The notes below the pieces were generated by a model. It did no database searches. It was not told where the DNA came from and worked only from the letters and a program-made list of their open reading frames with translations. The position numbers and the translations under genes are program-made. A stretch of DNA of 64,000 nucleotides from Terriglobia bacterium. GTDB lineage: Bacteria; Acidobacteriota; Terriglobia; 20CM-2-55-15. The DNA is taken from the NCBI GenBank assembly GCA_965198225.1, contig CBDAOY010000005.1, positions 832,001 through 896,000 on the forward strand, read 5' to 3'. Below, piece by piece: positions 9,573-20,533 of this stretch. Numbering within the stretch: position 1 is the first letter of the stretch; the number at the start of each line of letters is the position of its first letter.

Positions 9573-11090
9573 GGTTATGTTTCAGAGTCTCTGCAAAAAG
9601 GTCCTGAGATAGGAACGGGCCAGGGTATCTCCGAGAAGTTGTTAATGGACAACTTTGAAATCAAGGAGAAGAACCGATGGCCCGACCCGAGATTAAGCGA
9701 AAGGGAGTGGATTGGAAAGGATTGTTGAGTGAAGACCGGGATCTGATCAAGAGCGCGGTTAAGGAGGTCGTTGAGGAGATTCTCGAGGCGGAGATGGAAC
9801 AGACCGTTGCGGCCGCCAAGAGTGAGCGGACCGCCGGGCGGACCGGGTATCGGAGTGGCTATTACCGGAGGGACCTGGTCACGCGAGTGGGCAAGCTGGA
9901 GTTGCGGGTACCGCAGGACCGGGCGGGCCAATTCAGCACGGAGGTGTTCGAGCGGTACCAGCGGAGCGAGAAAGCCCTGGTGGCCAGCTTGGCGGAGATG
10001 TACGTGCAGGGAGTGTCGACACGGAAAGTGAAGGCGATCACCGAGGAACTGTGTGGGCATGAGTTTTCGGCAAGCACGGTCAGCCGGATCAATAAGACAT
10101 TAGATGGGGAGCTGAAGAAGTTCGCCACCCGAGAGCTGGAGGAGGCGTATCCGTACCTGATTTTGGACGCGCGCTACGAAAAGGTGCGGGAAGACGGGGT
10201 GATCCGGGCCCGGGCGGTCATGGTGGCGATCGGAATCAACTGGGATGGCCGGCGCTGCATCCTGGCTGTGGAGTTGGCGGGACGGGAAAGCACCAGCAGT
10301 TGGCGGGAGTTGCTACTGAATCTGAAACAACGCGGCCTGTGCGGAGTGGACTTCGTGGTGACCGATGATCATGCCGGCTTGAAGAGAGCGATCGCGGAAG
10401 TGCTACCCGAAGCGATCTGGCAACGTTGCTACGTCCACTTTCTGAGAAATGCGCTGGATTATCTGCCACGTAAAGCCGATGACGATTGCCTGCAGGAGCT
10501 GCGTTGGCTCTACGACCGGCGGAACCTCCAGGAAGCGCGGCAGGACCTGGCGGGCTGGTTGACGAAGTGGCAGGGGAAGTATCCGAAACTCTGCGACTGG
10601 GTCGAAGAAAACATCGACGAGACGCTGAGTTTCTACACCCTGCCGCTGCAGCATCACAAGCACATGAAGTCGACCAACATGCTGGAACGGCTCAATGAAG
10701 AGATCAAGCGGCGCACCCACGTGGTGCGGATCTTTCCCAACGCAGCGAGTTGTCTGCGATTGGTTCGAGCACTGGCCACCGAGATGCACGAGAACTGGAT
10801 CGAAGCGATCCGTTATCTGAATATGGATTTGCTCAAGGAGCACAAGAAGGAATGGCACCGATCGACGACAGCGGCGTAAAACCCGTCAGCAAACGTGAAC
10901 CCGAAGATCGACTGGCGGGCCGATCGTCGCTCACAGCACATCCTGGAGCAAAATATTCTGCGGACCGATGTTCGTGGAGGCCCAAGATTCCCACGGAATG
11001 TGGAAAAGCTTCGCTCCGCTCCGCTTTTCCACATTCCGAATCGCCACCAGCTTTCGGAGATTACTTTTGCAGAACTTGACGCACACAACT
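9573..11090 (+). mobile_element. IS256-family element with 8-bp target duplication GCGTCGAG
   Basis: GCGTCGAG at 9565-9572 and 11091-11098; imperfect inverted ends sharing TCTGCAAAA / TTTTGCAGA. Confidence 0.92.
9677..10879 (+). CDS. IS256 (mutator) transposase
   Basis: YRSGYYRR, VPQDR, EMYVQGVSTRKV, YLILDA, VVTDDHAGL, QRCYVHF, STNMLERLNEEIKRR. Confidence 0.95.
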   Translation: MARPEIKRKGVDWKGLLSEDRDLIKSAVKEVVEEILEAEMEQTVAAAKSERTAGRTGYRSGYYRRDLVTRVGKLELRVPQDRAGQFSTEVFERYQRSEKALVASLAEMYVQGVSTRKVKAITEELCGHEFSASTVSRINKTLDGELKKFATRELEEAYPYLILDARYEKVREDGVIRARAVMVAIGINWDGRRCILAVELAGRESTSSWRELLLNLKQRGLCGVDFVVTDDHAGLKRAIAEVLPEAIWQRCYVHFLRNALDYLPRKADDDCLQELRWLYDRRNLQEARQDLAGWLTKWQGKYPKLCDWVEENIDETLSFYTLPLQHHKHMKSTNMLERLNEEIKRRTHVVRIFPNAASCLRLVRALATEMHENWIEAIRYLNMDLLKEHKKEWHRSTTAA

Positions 11091-11555
11091 GCGTCGAGCT
11101 GGAGGCTGGGTTCTGGTCATCCGCTCCGACCCGGACATAGCCGCTCCGGCTCGCCATACGGTATCCCTCCCTTGTCTTGCCCGCCTTCGCTCAAGACATT
11201 GCTCATACCGACGGACCCTGTTTCGGCTTTCCGCCGTTGTCAATGTCCCGAGCCTTACTCTTCGTTGGCCGGTTTTGGGTGTCAGCGATCCCGGCTTTCA
11301 CCCTGAACTGGTCCAACCTCCGGGCTTCTTGGCGGCACTTTCCAACGCGCTCTTGACGGCGGCCGCGTCAAGGCATCCACGCTCAATCATCTGGGCTACA
11401 AAATCCACAACATCCTCCACTTCAAATACTGGAGAGCCACCCGGTCCATATCCCATTTTGAGCCTGCCGCCTCGCTTCCTCGTGTCCTTGTAGTAGGGGT
11501 TCCGACAGTAACGGAGCAAAATCGCACGTTTAGGGGCGCTCTTGGGACCGCCTAG

Positions 11556-13156
11556 CAGCCTGTCGGACTTTTGGGACCGGAATTGGACGCCAGGCATGCC
11601 AGAAACAGGGGCATGAGCGAACGATTCCGAGCGGTCGATCGAGACACGCCGTACTTGTTGCCGCCGTCGGTCCAGGACTGGCTTCCGGAAGAGCACCTGG
11701 CGCGGTTCGTTGTAGAGGTGGTGTCGAAGCTGGACCTGCGTGACCTGGAGAAGGAGTACGCGGGGCGGGGTTCGAAGGCCTACCATCCGGAGATGCTGCT
11801 GGCGTTGCTGTTTTACGGATACGCGACGGGAGTGTTTGCGAGCCGGAAACTGGAACAGGCGACGTGGGATTCGCTGGCGTTCCGATATATCGCGGCGAAC
11901 ACGCATCCGGATCACGACACGATCGCGGCGTTTCGGAAGCGGTTCCTGAAGCAGTTGAAGCCGTTGTTCGTGCAGATTCTTCTCCTGGCGCGGACGATGG
12001 GGTTTTTGAAGCTGGGCAAGATCAGTCTGGATGGGAGCAAGGTCCAGGCGAATGCATCAAAACATAGCGCATTGAGTTGGGGGCACGCGACGGAACTGGA
12101 AGAACGATTGAAGGCGGAAGTGGCGCGGCTGATGGAGTTGGCGTCGGCGGCCGATGCGGACGTGCCCGATGGAATGGACATCCCGGCCGAACTGGAGCGG
12201 CGTGAGGACCGTCTCAAAGCGATCGCCGAGGCGAAAGCGAAGCTGGAAGCGCGGGCGGCCGAACGCCATGCCGCTGAGCAAGCCGAGTACGAGGCCAAGC
12301 GGTCCAAACGTGAAGCTCGGGTCAAACAGCAGGGACGGTGTCCCGGCGGGCGGGCCCCCCAACCGCCGGCACCGGGAGTGCGGAACAGCGACCAGATCAA
12401 TCTTACCGATGAGGAATCGCGGATCATGCCGGCGGGCGGGAAGAGTTTCCAACAGGCCTACAATGTGCAGGCGGGCGTCGATACCGAAAGCATGCTGGTG
12501 GTCACCGAATCCGTCACCACACACGCCAACGACAAACAAGAAGTCGAGCCGACACTAAAGGCGCTGGAAGAACTCCCAGGACCACTTGGACGAGCCGAGG
12601 CGATACTGGCCGATAACGGTTACTACAGCGAAGCCAACGTCCGGGCCTGCGAGGCGGCGGGCGTGACGCCGTACATAGCGATGGGACGCGACCGCCATCA
12701 TCTGACGGTGGAACAACGTTGGGCCGAGCCCCCGCCTGGGGCGCCCGATGCGGGTCCGGTCGACGCGATGGCGCATCGGTTGTCGAGCGTCGATGGCCGG
12801 GCCATTTATGCCAAACGCAAGTCCACCGTCGAACCGGTATTTGGAATCGTCAAGTCCGTGTTGGGATTTCGGCAGTTTCACCTCAGGGGACTCGACGGGG
12901 CATCCGGAGAATGGACGCTGGTCAGCATGGCCTGGAATCTGAAACGGCTCTTCAATCTCACTCAGCAGTCCCCTCCCACAGCCGATCCACGCTCCAACGC
13001 CCGATCCTGGCCGGAAAGCCGCCTGGCTGGACCGCTGCACAAGCCCGTGGATCCAAAATCACAATCACTTTCGACGCTTTTCTTGCGAATGACCTCGGCA
13101 ATGTTCAATTATCGGATCGTCGATGCTCCACTGTCATTGCCAAGTCCGACAGGCTG
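11556..13156 (+). mobile_element. IS1182-family element flanked by CTAG
   Basis: Ends CAGCCTGTCGGACTT / AAGTCCGACAGGCTG; CTAG at 11552-11555 and 13157-13160. Confidence 0.92.
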
Positions 13157-13160
13157 CTAG
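11613..13160 (+). CDS. IS1182-family transposase
   Basis: LLPPSVQDWLPEEHLARF, PDHDTIAAFR, LDGSKVQANAS, LADNGY, RKSTVEPVFGIVK; stop codon lies in the right CTAG. Confidence 0.92.
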   Translation: MSERFRAVDRDTPYLLPPSVQDWLPEEHLARFVVEVVSKLDLRDLEKEYAGRGSKAYHPEMLLALLFYGYATGVFASRKLEQATWDSLAFRYIAANTHPDHDTIAAFRKRFLKQLKPLFVQILLLARTMGFLKLGKISLDGSKVQANASKHSALSWGHATELEERLKAEVARLMELASAADADVPDGMDIPAELERREDRLKAIAEAKAKLEARAAERHAAEQAEYEAKRSKREARVKQQGRCPGGRAPQPPAPGVRNSDQINLTDEESRIMPAGGKSFQQAYNVQAGVDTESMLVVTESVTTHANDKQEVEPTLKALEELPGPLGRAEAILADNGYYSEANVRACEAAGVTPYIAMGRDRHHLTVEQRWAEPPPGAPDAGPVDAMAHRLSSVDGRAIYAKRKSTVEPVFGIVKSVLGFRQFHLRGLDGASGEWTLVSMAWNLKRLFNLTQQSPPTADPRSNARSWPESRLAGPLHKPVDPKSQSLSTLFLRMTSAMFNYRIVDAPLSLPSPTGC

Positions 13161-14446
13161 TAGCTGGAATGATCTTTGGAGTCGTGCCGGCATTGCGAAC
13201 GATGCGTCCGGATCTGATCGAAGTACTACAGGCGTCGGGCAGGGGAACGTCGATCAGCCGGGGGGTGCGGCGATTGAGCGACTTCATGGTCGCCGCTGAG
13301 GTGGCCCTGGCGGTCGTCCTGCTGGTGGGGGCCGGTCTGATGGTGGGCAGCCTCCTTCACCTGCTCGACACGAATCCGGGATTCCGGAAGAGCAACGTCG
13401 TGTCCGCGGTCGTGTCGCTTCCCCGGGCGCGGTATCCGGGACGTGAACAAATGCGACAGTTCTACGGCGACCTGGTGGGGCGTCTCGACGCGCTTCCCGA
13501 CGTCGAATCAGCCGGAGCCGTTTCGGCACTTCCGATGAGCGCGGTCGGAACCGACTTCAATCTTCCGTTTACCCCGCCGGGCCAGGAGATTGCTTCACCC
13601 AGCGAGAGACCGCGCGCCGGAACCCGCATCGTTATCCCGGGTTACTTCCGGGCGATGGGCATCCCGCTCATCAGAGGCCGCGTTCTCGACGAGTTCGACG
13701 GAAGGGAAGACGCGCGCCGTGGCGGGCTGATAAACGAGACCATGGCCCGCCTCTACTTCCGGGAGGTCGAGCCCCTTGGTCAGGTTCTCGCCGTACCGAT
13801 GATGGGCGATATCGAGATCGTCGGCATCGTCGGCGACGTCCGCCACGAAGGCCTGCAGGCCGAAGCCGGTCCCGAAATCTTTGTCCCGTTCAACGTGTTT
13901 CCCCAGCCCGAGATGCACGTTGTAGCCCACGCGACCGGCGATGCGAACAGCATGATCTCGACGATCCGCTCACAGATTCTACAGATCGACCCTCAGCAGC
14001 CGATCACCGAGTCTTCGAGTATCGAACGGTTGCTCTCGACATCGATCGCGCAGCCCCGTTTCAACATGGCGCTGCTGATCGGCCTGGCTTTCTGCGCCGT
14101 GGTGCTTGCCGCCGTGGGCATCTACGCCGTTGTTTCATACGCCGTGGCGAGACGGACGATGGAGATCGGGGTCCGGATGGCGCTTGGGTCGAGCCGGGAC
14201 CAGACGCTCAAGCTCATCGTGGGTGAAGCCCTACGCGTTGTCGCGGTCGGCGCTGCTATCGGTCTGGCCGGGGCTTTTGGCCTGGTTCGCCTGATCCAGA
14301 GCCTGCTCTACGAGGTCCAGCCAACGGACCCACCGACCTATGTCTCGGCGGTCTTCGTGGTTGTCCTCGTTGGCCTGATGGCCGCGATCGTCCCCGCCGT
14401 CCGCGCGACACAGGTGGACCCGGTCGTCGCGCTGCGCGAGGAGTAA
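13161..14446 (+). pseudogene. 5'-truncated ABC-type permease (MacB/FtsX domains, ADOP-like)
   Basis: AEVALAVVLLVGAGL, YFRAMGIPLIRGR, RRTMEIGVRMALG, VDPVVALREE; begins abruptly at the IS1182 end. Confidence 0.85.
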
Positions 14447-14692
14447 GGAATTCACCGCCCGCTTGGACGCGGGCTTCTCCAGGACCCCCTCCCCTCGATC
14501 TGTTTTGGATAAGGATGGTCCGAAATAGCATCTCGCTACGTGAGGTGGGCTCACACAGCCGGTGAGTCGCTCTTACCTCTTATGGAAGATTTTCTGTGGA
14601 AGCACTGCGAGATTGTGAGGCTCCAGCACGTATATTTATTGAAGGACTTACGGCAAGCGGCCGAGGACCTGGTTTCGACAAGGAGTTGAGTT

Positions 14693-14893
14693 TTGACAAA
14701 ACTGTTTCGTTCCCAGACCGACAAGAAGATTGCCGGCATCTGCGGCGGAATCGCGGAGGCCTACGTGCTCGACTCGAATCTGGTTCGAGTCGCCCTGGTT
14801 TTCCTTGGACTCGCTACCGGAGGGATACCCTTCCTGATTGCTTATCTGGTCGGTTGGATCATCATCCCAATCGGTTCTCGACACGTCGAATGA
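14693..14893 (+). CDS. PspC domain protein
   Basis: KLFRSQTDKKIAGICGGIAE...YLVGWIIIP; AAGGAG RBS before a TTG start. Confidence 0.85.
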   Translation: MTKLFRSQTDKKIAGICGGIAEAYVLDSNLVRVALVFLGLATGGIPFLIAYLVGWIIIPIGSRHVE

Positions 14894-15846
14894 CACCCAA
14901 GCGACCGCGTCGCGTCCGTATCGGCATCTCGACCTGCCTGCTCGGAGACCGGGTCCGCTATGATGGGGGCCACAAGCGCGACACCTTCCTCGTCGACCGT
15001 TTTGGGAAATATGTCGAATGGGTGCCTGTCTGTCCCGAGGTAGAGGCGGGGATGTCGATACCCAGGGACTTCCTCCGACTGGTCGACGTCGGCGGGGAGG
15101 TTCGGATGGTCGCGCCGAACACGGGCCGGGACCACACGGCACAGATGCGGCGTTTTGCCCGGGCGCGCGTGCGGACGCTGTCGCAGGAAAGTCTGTCCGG
15201 GTACATCTTCAAGCGCAGTTCGCCGTCCTGCGGCGTCGAGCGGGTCAAGGTCTACAGAGACGGAATCCCAGGCGGAAGGGGCCGCGGCCTGTTCGCCTCG
15301 GCGTTGATCGAGGCGAGCCCCACCCTGCCGGTGGAAGAAGAGGGGCGGTTGAACGACCCCCGGCTGCGGGAGAACTTCGTGTCCCGCGTCTTCGCGCACC
15401 ATCGCTGGCACGAGTTGGGTCGAAAAACCCGCAAGGCAATGATGGAATACCACGCCGCACACAAATTCGTGTTGATGTCGCACAGCCAGCAGGGCATGCG
15501 GCGGCTGGGTGCGATGCTGGGCGGGGCAAAGGAGTATCCCGGAACGCGGGAGCTGACGGACGCCTACTGGGCGGAGTTCTCCGAGATCATGAAGCGAACG
15601 CCCTCACGCCGCAATCACACGAACGTGCTGCAGCATATCGCCGGGTTCGTTTCCGACAGGATCGACGCCGAGGATCGTGCGGAACTGCAGCAGGCGATCG
15701 AGCACTACCGACTGGAGCTGACGCCCTTGATCGTCCCCGTGACCCTGTTGCGTCACTACGTGCGGCGGCTGCGGATCGGGTACCTGCAGGGCCAGGTCTA
15801 TCTCGATCCGCACCCGGATGAACTGATGTTGTTGAACCAGCTGTGA
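14890..15846 (+). CDS. DUF523 (2-thiouracil desulfidase-like) / DUF1722 fusion, YbgA-like
   Basis: GISTCLLGDRVRYDGGHK, VCPEVEAG, KRSSPSCG, EEEGRLND, NHTNVLQH; ATG overlaps the upstream stop. Confidence 0.88.
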   Translation: MTPKRPRRVRIGISTCLLGDRVRYDGGHKRDTFLVDRFGKYVEWVPVCPEVEAGMSIPRDFLRLVDVGGEVRMVAPNTGRDHTAQMRRFARARVRTLSQESLSGYIFKRSSPSCGVERVKVYRDGIPGGRGRGLFASALIEASPTLPVEEEGRLNDPRLRENFVSRVFAHHRWHELGRKTRKAMMEYHAAHKFVLMSHSQQGMRRLGAMLGGAKEYPGTRELTDAYWAEFSEIMKRTPSRRNHTNVLQHIAGFVSDRIDAEDRAELQQAIEHYRLELTPLIVPVTLLRHYVRRLRIGYLQGQVYLDPHPDELMLLNQL

Positions 15847-16331
15847 GCCTCGTCAGGAAGATACTCGCGGGCATTCTTATCTTCACCGTGATCGGCTACG
15901 GCGGCGTCCTCGTCGTTGTCGTGTCTTCACCTGAACCGCCATCGGGTTCCCACGACGGGCTGCTCCCGTGCCCGGAAAGTCCGAACTGCGTGTCGAGTCG
16001 CGCCTCAGCCGACGATTCGACCCATTTCATCGAGCCTTTCCGATTCCAGGGACTTACCGAAGAGGCCTGGACGGCTTTGAAGTCGGGCGTGTCGTCGCTG
16101 CCGCGAAGCACGATCGTGGGCGAGTCTTCGGGTTACCTGCACTTCGAGGTAAGAACGTTCATTTTCCGATTTATCGATGATGTCGAGTTCCTGCTCGTTG
16201 CCGACGAACAGACCATCCATATGCGGTCTGCCTCGAGGCTGGGCTATGGTGACCTGGGGGTGAACCGAAAGCGTGTGGAAACGATCAGGCAGATGCTGGA
16301 TCAGACCCGGACGTTCCGACGCCAACCGTGA
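15843..16331 (+). CDS. DUF1499 family protein
   Basis: PCPESPNCVSS, FIDDVEF, RSASRLGYGDLGVNRKRVE. Confidence 0.88.
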   Translation: MSLVRKILAGILIFTVIGYGGVLVVVVSSPEPPSGSHDGLLPCPESPNCVSSRASADDSTHFIEPFRFQGLTEEAWTALKSGVSSLPRSTIVGESSGYLHFEVRTFIFRFIDDVEFLLVADEQTIHMRSASRLGYGDLGVNRKRVETIRQMLDQTRTFRRQP

Positions 16332-16846
16332 AGACATTCGAATTCCGCAACGAGATCTGGATTCCACGAACATCGAACGAAATCTTTGGCTTCTTTTCCG
16401 ACGCCGGCAATCTGGACTATCTGACCCCGGAGTGGCTGCACTTCCGAATCCTGACACCACGCCCGATCGCCATGGCGGAAGGCACGGAGATCGACTACTA
16501 CCTGCGGCTTCGCGGGCTGCCTCTCCGCTGGCGGAGCCGGATAACAACGTGGGATCCCCCGAATCTCTTCGTCGACGAACAGGTCCGCGGTCCCTATAGA
16601 AGTTGGATCCATGAACACCACTTCCGACCGACCGACGGCGGCACCATGGTCGAAGATCACGTCCGTTACGCCGTCTGGGGAGGCGTCGTCGCAAATCGAC
16701 TTCTGGTCGCACGCGACTTGGCGCGCATCTTTGCATACCGTAGCCGGCGGCTGGCCGAGCACTTCCCTCCAAATGACGACGCGGCTTCGACTCGACTTAC
16801 GGCTGCTCACTCACAAGCCCTTGATTCCAGCAGGCAACGTGACTAG
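16328..16846 (+). CDS. SRPBCC family protein
   Basis: FFSDAGNL..LTP, FVDEQVRGPYRSWIHEHHF, IFAYR. Confidence 0.85.
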   Translation: MKTFEFRNEIWIPRTSNEIFGFFSDAGNLDYLTPEWLHFRILTPRPIAMAEGTEIDYYLRLRGLPLRWRSRITTWDPPNLFVDEQVRGPYRSWIHEHHFRPTDGGTMVEDHVRYAVWGGVVANRLLVARDLARIFAYRSRRLAEHFPPNDDAASTRLTAAHSQALDSSRQRD

Positions 16847-16882
16847 TATTCACACTTCATTCCAGAGGTTCGACCGTAGCCC

Positions 16883-17185
16883 ATGCATCTGACGCCAAGA
16901 GAAATCGAGAAGCTGATGATCTTTACCGCCGGGGAAGTCGCACGCAAACGCCGCGGCCGCGGGCTGAAGCTCAACTACCCGGAGGCGGTGGCGCTGATCA
17001 CGTCGGAAGTCCTGGAAGAGATCCGCAACGGGAAGACCGTTGCGGAGTTGATGGAGTTCGGAAGGACGATCCTGAAGGCCGATGAAGTGATGGAAGGCGT
17101 GCCCGAGATGATCCCCGAGATCCAGATCGAAGGAACGTTTCCGGACGGCACGAAGCTGGTTACGATTCACCACCCGATCACTTAG
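16883..17185 (+). CDS. ureA: Urease subunit gamma
   Basis: [36 protein letters not shown]. Confidence 0.97.
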   Translation: MHLTPREIEKLMIFTAGEVARKRRGRGLKLNYPEAVALITSEVLEEIRNGKTVAELMEFGRTILKADEVMEGVPEMIPEIQIEGTFPDGTKLVTIHHPIT

Positions 17186-17195
17186 AGAATCCCCG

Positions 17196-17564
17196 ATGAT
17201 TCCAGGCGAATACCAACTCCGGGACGAAGCGATCGAGGCGAATGCGGGCCGGGATACCGTCCGGTTGGAGGTTTCCAACCTTGGCGACCGACCCGTCCAG
17301 GTTGGCTCCCACTGCCATTTCTTCGAGTCCAACCGGTGGCTCGCGTTCGATCGCGAGAGAGCCTACGGGATGCGCTTGAACATTCCCGCCGGAACTGCGG
17401 TTCGCTTCGAGCCGGGCGACACGCGGGAGGTCGATCTTGTTGCGCTGGCCGGCGACCGTGTCGTGCACGGGATCAACGGGTTGGTGAACGGCAAGCTGGA
17501 TGATGCCGAGGTGAAGGCCCGTGCTCTTGCCGCTGCTGCTGCCTTCGAGAGGAAACCGGAATGA
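17196..17564 (+). CDS. ureB: Urease subunit beta
   Basis: [35 protein letters not shown]. Confidence 0.97.
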   Translation: MIPGEYQLRDEAIEANAGRDTVRLEVSNLGDRPVQVGSHCHFFESNRWLAFDRERAYGMRLNIPAGTAVRFEPGDTREVDLVALAGDRVVHGINGLVNGKLDDAEVKARALAAAAAFERKPE

Positions 17565-19264
17565 AGATCGACCGGTCCAGTTACGGGGAACATTTCGGAC
17601 CCACCACGGGCGATCGGGTGCGGCTCGGGGATACCGACCTGTTCATCGAGGTCGAATCGGACCACAGCGTCTACGGTGAGGAGGTCAAGTTCGGCGGAGG
17701 CAAGGTCATCCGCGACGGCATGGGGCAATCCGCGTCAGCGTCCCGCGAAGCCGGCTCTCCCGACCTCGTGATCACCAACGCGCTCGTCATCGATCATACG
17801 GGTATCTTCAAAGCCGACATCGCCGTTCGCGACGGCAGGATCTCCGCAATCGGCAAGGCCGGGAACCCCGACATCATGGATGGCGTTACCGAAGGGATGG
17901 CGATCAGCGCATCCACGGAGATTCTCGCGGGCGAGGGACGCATCGTCACGGCCGGCGGTATCGACGCCCACATCCATTTCATATCGCCGAATCAGATTCC
18001 GGAGGCATTCTATTCCGGCGTCACGACCCTGATCGGCGGTGGCACCGGGCCCGCGACGGGGACGAACGCGACGACCTGCACGCCCGGCCCGTGGAACATC
18101 CGACGCATGTACGAGGCGTCTGAGGCATTCCCGCTGAATTTTGGCTTTCTCGGGAAGGGGAACTCTTCGCTGCCAGGAGCTCTGGAAGAACAGATCCGAG
18201 CCGGCGCTCTCGGCCTGAAGCTCCATGAAGACTGGGGAACGACGCCGGCGGCGATTGATCAATGTCTGACAGTCGCCGACCGGTTCGACGTCCAGGTCGC
18301 GATCCACACCGATACGCTCAACGAAGCCGGGTTTGTAGAGGACACGATCGCTGCGTTCAAGGGAAGAACGATCCACACCTACCACACCGAGGGCGCCGGG
18401 GGCGGCCATGCTCCCGACATCATCCGCCTCTGCGGCGAATCGAACGTCCTGCCCTCCTCGACCAATCCCACGATGCCCTTCACGCGGAACACGATGGACG
18501 AGCACCTGGACATGCTGATGGTGTGCCACCATCTGTCGGCATCCATCCCTGAAGACGTCGCGTTTGCCGACTCGCGGATTCGAGCCGAAACGATCGCGGC
18601 CGAGGACATCCTGCACGACATGGGTGCTTTCAGCATCATGGCCTCCGACTCCCAGGCCATGGGCCGGATCGGTGAAGTCATCTGCCGGACCTGGCAGACA
18701 GCCGACAAGATGAAGAAGCAGCGCGGACGTGTCGACGAAACCGGTGACAATGACAACGTCCGGGCCAAGCGCTACGTGTCGAAGTACACGATCAACCCGG
18801 CGATCGCACACGGCATTGCCGGAACGGTGGGATCGGTCGAGGTCGGGAAGATGGCGGACCTGGTTCTGTGGAAACCGGCCTTCTTCGGCGTGAAGCCGGA
18901 GGTCATCGTGAAGGGTGGGTTCATCGCGGGGGCTGCCATGGGTGATGGGAACGCGTCGATCCCCACGCCGCAGCCCTACGTCTACCGGCCGATGTTCGGC
19001 CATCATGGCCAGGCGCTCGATTCGACTTCCGTGCACTTTGTTTCGCAGGCCGGGGTGGAGACCAACGGGCTCGACGGACTGCGCCGCAGACTCGACCCCG
19101 TCCGCGGCTGCCGTACACTCGGCAAGAAAGATCTCAAGTGGAACGATGCGACACCCAATATCGAAGTCAACCCGGAGACCTACGAAGTGCGCGCCGACGG
19201 TGAGCTGCTGACCTGCGACCCGGCCGAAATACTTCCCCTGGCGCAACGTTACTTCCTTTTCTGA
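17561..19264 (+). CDS. ureC: Urease subunit alpha
   Basis: [58 protein letters not shown]. Confidence 0.98.
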   Translation: MKIDRSSYGEHFGPTTGDRVRLGDTDLFIEVESDHSVYGEEVKFGGGKVIRDGMGQSASASREAGSPDLVITNALVIDHTGIFKADIAVRDGRISAIGKAGNPDIMDGVTEGMAISASTEILAGEGRIVTAGGIDAHIHFISPNQIPEAFYSGVTTLIGGGTGPATGTNATTCTPGPWNIRRMYEASEAFPLNFGFLGKGNSSLPGALEEQIRAGALGLKLHEDWGTTPAAIDQCLTVADRFDVQVAIHTDTLNEAGFVEDTIAAFKGRTIHTYHTEGAGGGHAPDIIRLCGESNVLPSSTNPTMPFTRNTMDEHLDMLMVCHHLSASIPEDVAFADSRIRAETIAAEDILHDMGAFSIMASDSQAMGRIGEVICRTWQTADKMKKQRGRVDETGDNDNVRAKRYVSKYTINPAIAHGIAGTVGSVEVGKMADLVLWKPAFFGVKPEVIVKGGFIAGAAMGDGNASIPTPQPYVYRPMFGHHGQALDSTSVHFVSQAGVETNGLDGLRRRLDPVRGCRTLGKKDLKWNDATPNIEVNPETYEVRADGELLTCDPAEILPLAQRYFLF

Positions 19265-19265
19265 C

Positions 19266-19718
19266 ATGACGGTGGTCGAACACGTGGCACGGGAGTACGC
19301 GCTTCAGGGAGAGCCGTCCGGTTATCGGCGGACCACGATGACGCTCCCACTTGAAGAGCGTCAGAAGACACACGGTCGACGGCGGTCCGACGACGGGATC
19401 GAATTCGCGATCTCACTCGAGCCGGGCCTGACACTCGGGGACGGGGACTGTCTGCTTCTCGAAGACGAGCGGGTCGCTGTCGTCGTCCGGGAGGCCGCCG
19501 AAGCGGTGTATGTCGTCCGTCCGCGGTCCGCACGGGAGTGGGCGTATTTCGCGTACCAGATCGGCAACCGGCATCAGAAACTCATGATCAGCGAGAAGGA
19601 ACTGGTGTGTTTGCAGGACCCGGCCGTCCGGAGCCTTTTCGAACAGTTGCATGTGGAGTACGTCGAGGACAGCAGACCCTTCACCCCGGCTACAGTAGCG
19701 GGCCATCATAGCCACTGA
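19266..19718 (+). CDS. ureE: Urease accessory protein UreE
   Basis: AYQIGNRH motif and His-containing tail (GHHSH); directly after ureC. Confidence 0.9.
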   Translation: MTVVEHVAREYALQGEPSGYRRTTMTLPLEERQKTHGRRRSDDGIEFAISLEPGLTLGDGDCLLLEDERVAVVVREAAEAVYVVRPRSAREWAYFAYQIGNRHQKLMISEKELVCLQDPAVRSLFEQLHVEYVEDSRPFTPATVAGHHSH

Positions 19719-19737
19719 ACGGAACGCACCGCGAAGT

Positions 19738-19804
19738 GTAAGTGCGCTCTATGAGCGCACAGAAGTCTCGAGTTTGAAGATGTGCGGTCATAGACCGCAC
19801 CTAC
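19738..19804. repeat. Inverted REP doublet (GTAG family)
   Basis: GTGCGCTCTATGAGCGCAC ... GTGCGGTCATAGACCGCACCTAC. Confidence 0.8.
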
Positions 19805-19825
19805 ACCGTTCTGGAGAAAACGCCG

Positions 19826-20512
19826 TTGGACTCAACTCAATTCCTCCAGATCCTCCAGCTTAGCGACGGCCTTTTCCCGATAGGGGCGTTCGCGTTTTCC
19901 GACGGACTGGAGACAGCTGCCCAGCGTGATGAAGTCGTGGATGCGGACGATGTTCGTGTCTGGCTCGAACATTATGTCCGTGACGTTTTCGGAAATTCGG
20001 AAGGACCCGCGCTCGTACAATCCATGGCCGCTTTTCCGGAGGACTGGAAGCGGCTCGAGCGGCTGGACCGCGAACTGACCGCGCTGAGACCTTCATCAGA
20101 GACGCGTGCGAGCAGCCGATCGCTGGGCCTTCGTCTGTTGAAAACGTGCGTCGAGCTCCATCCCGGTCGGGGTCTGGAAGACCTGCTGGAGCGAATCGGG
20201 TCCGGGCAGTGCCATGGAAACGTGGCTCTCGTGCACGGCGCCGTGTTCCGCGCGTTGGGGTTCGACGAAAAGGAAGCGCTCCTCGCGTTTGCGTACTCCC
20301 GTCTGTCGGGAACTGCGTCGGCGGCATTGAGGCTTGCCCCGGTCGGGCAGCAGGAGATACAGGGGGTTCTCAGCAACGTTCTTGGGCGCGTCCCGGACGT
20401 CGTGGACCAGATCCTGCGAAACCCCTTGAGATGCATGACGTCGTTCGTTCCCGTGATGGACGTTGCCCAGATGGAACACCGACATCTCTACAGCCGCCTG
20501 TTCCGGTCTTGA
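19826..20512 (+). CDS. ureF: Urease accessory protein UreF
   Basis: LQLSDGLFPIGAFAFSDGLE; C-terminal HLYSRLFRS. Confidence 0.93.
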   Translation: MDSTQFLQILQLSDGLFPIGAFAFSDGLETAAQRDEVVDADDVRVWLEHYVRDVFGNSEGPALVQSMAAFPEDWKRLERLDRELTALRPSSETRASSRSLGLRLLKTCVELHPGRGLEDLLERIGSGQCHGNVALVHGAVFRALGFDEKEALLAFAYSRLSGTASAALRLAPVGQQEIQGVLSNVLGRVPDVVDQILRNPLRCMTSFVPVMDVAQMEHRHLYSRLFRS

Positions 20513-20533
20513 GTTTGGGAGAGACACCCCCGT

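Noticed and set aside
11100-11550. Small minus-strand ORFs between IS256 and IS1182
   Set aside because: Short, no recognisable motif, and bounded by IS ends; cannot be supported as genes.
12719-13160. N-terminal part of the 575-aa ORF as a real transposase-permease fusion
   Set aside because: It is an alternative frame of the IS1182 sequence that happens to be open into the truncated permease.
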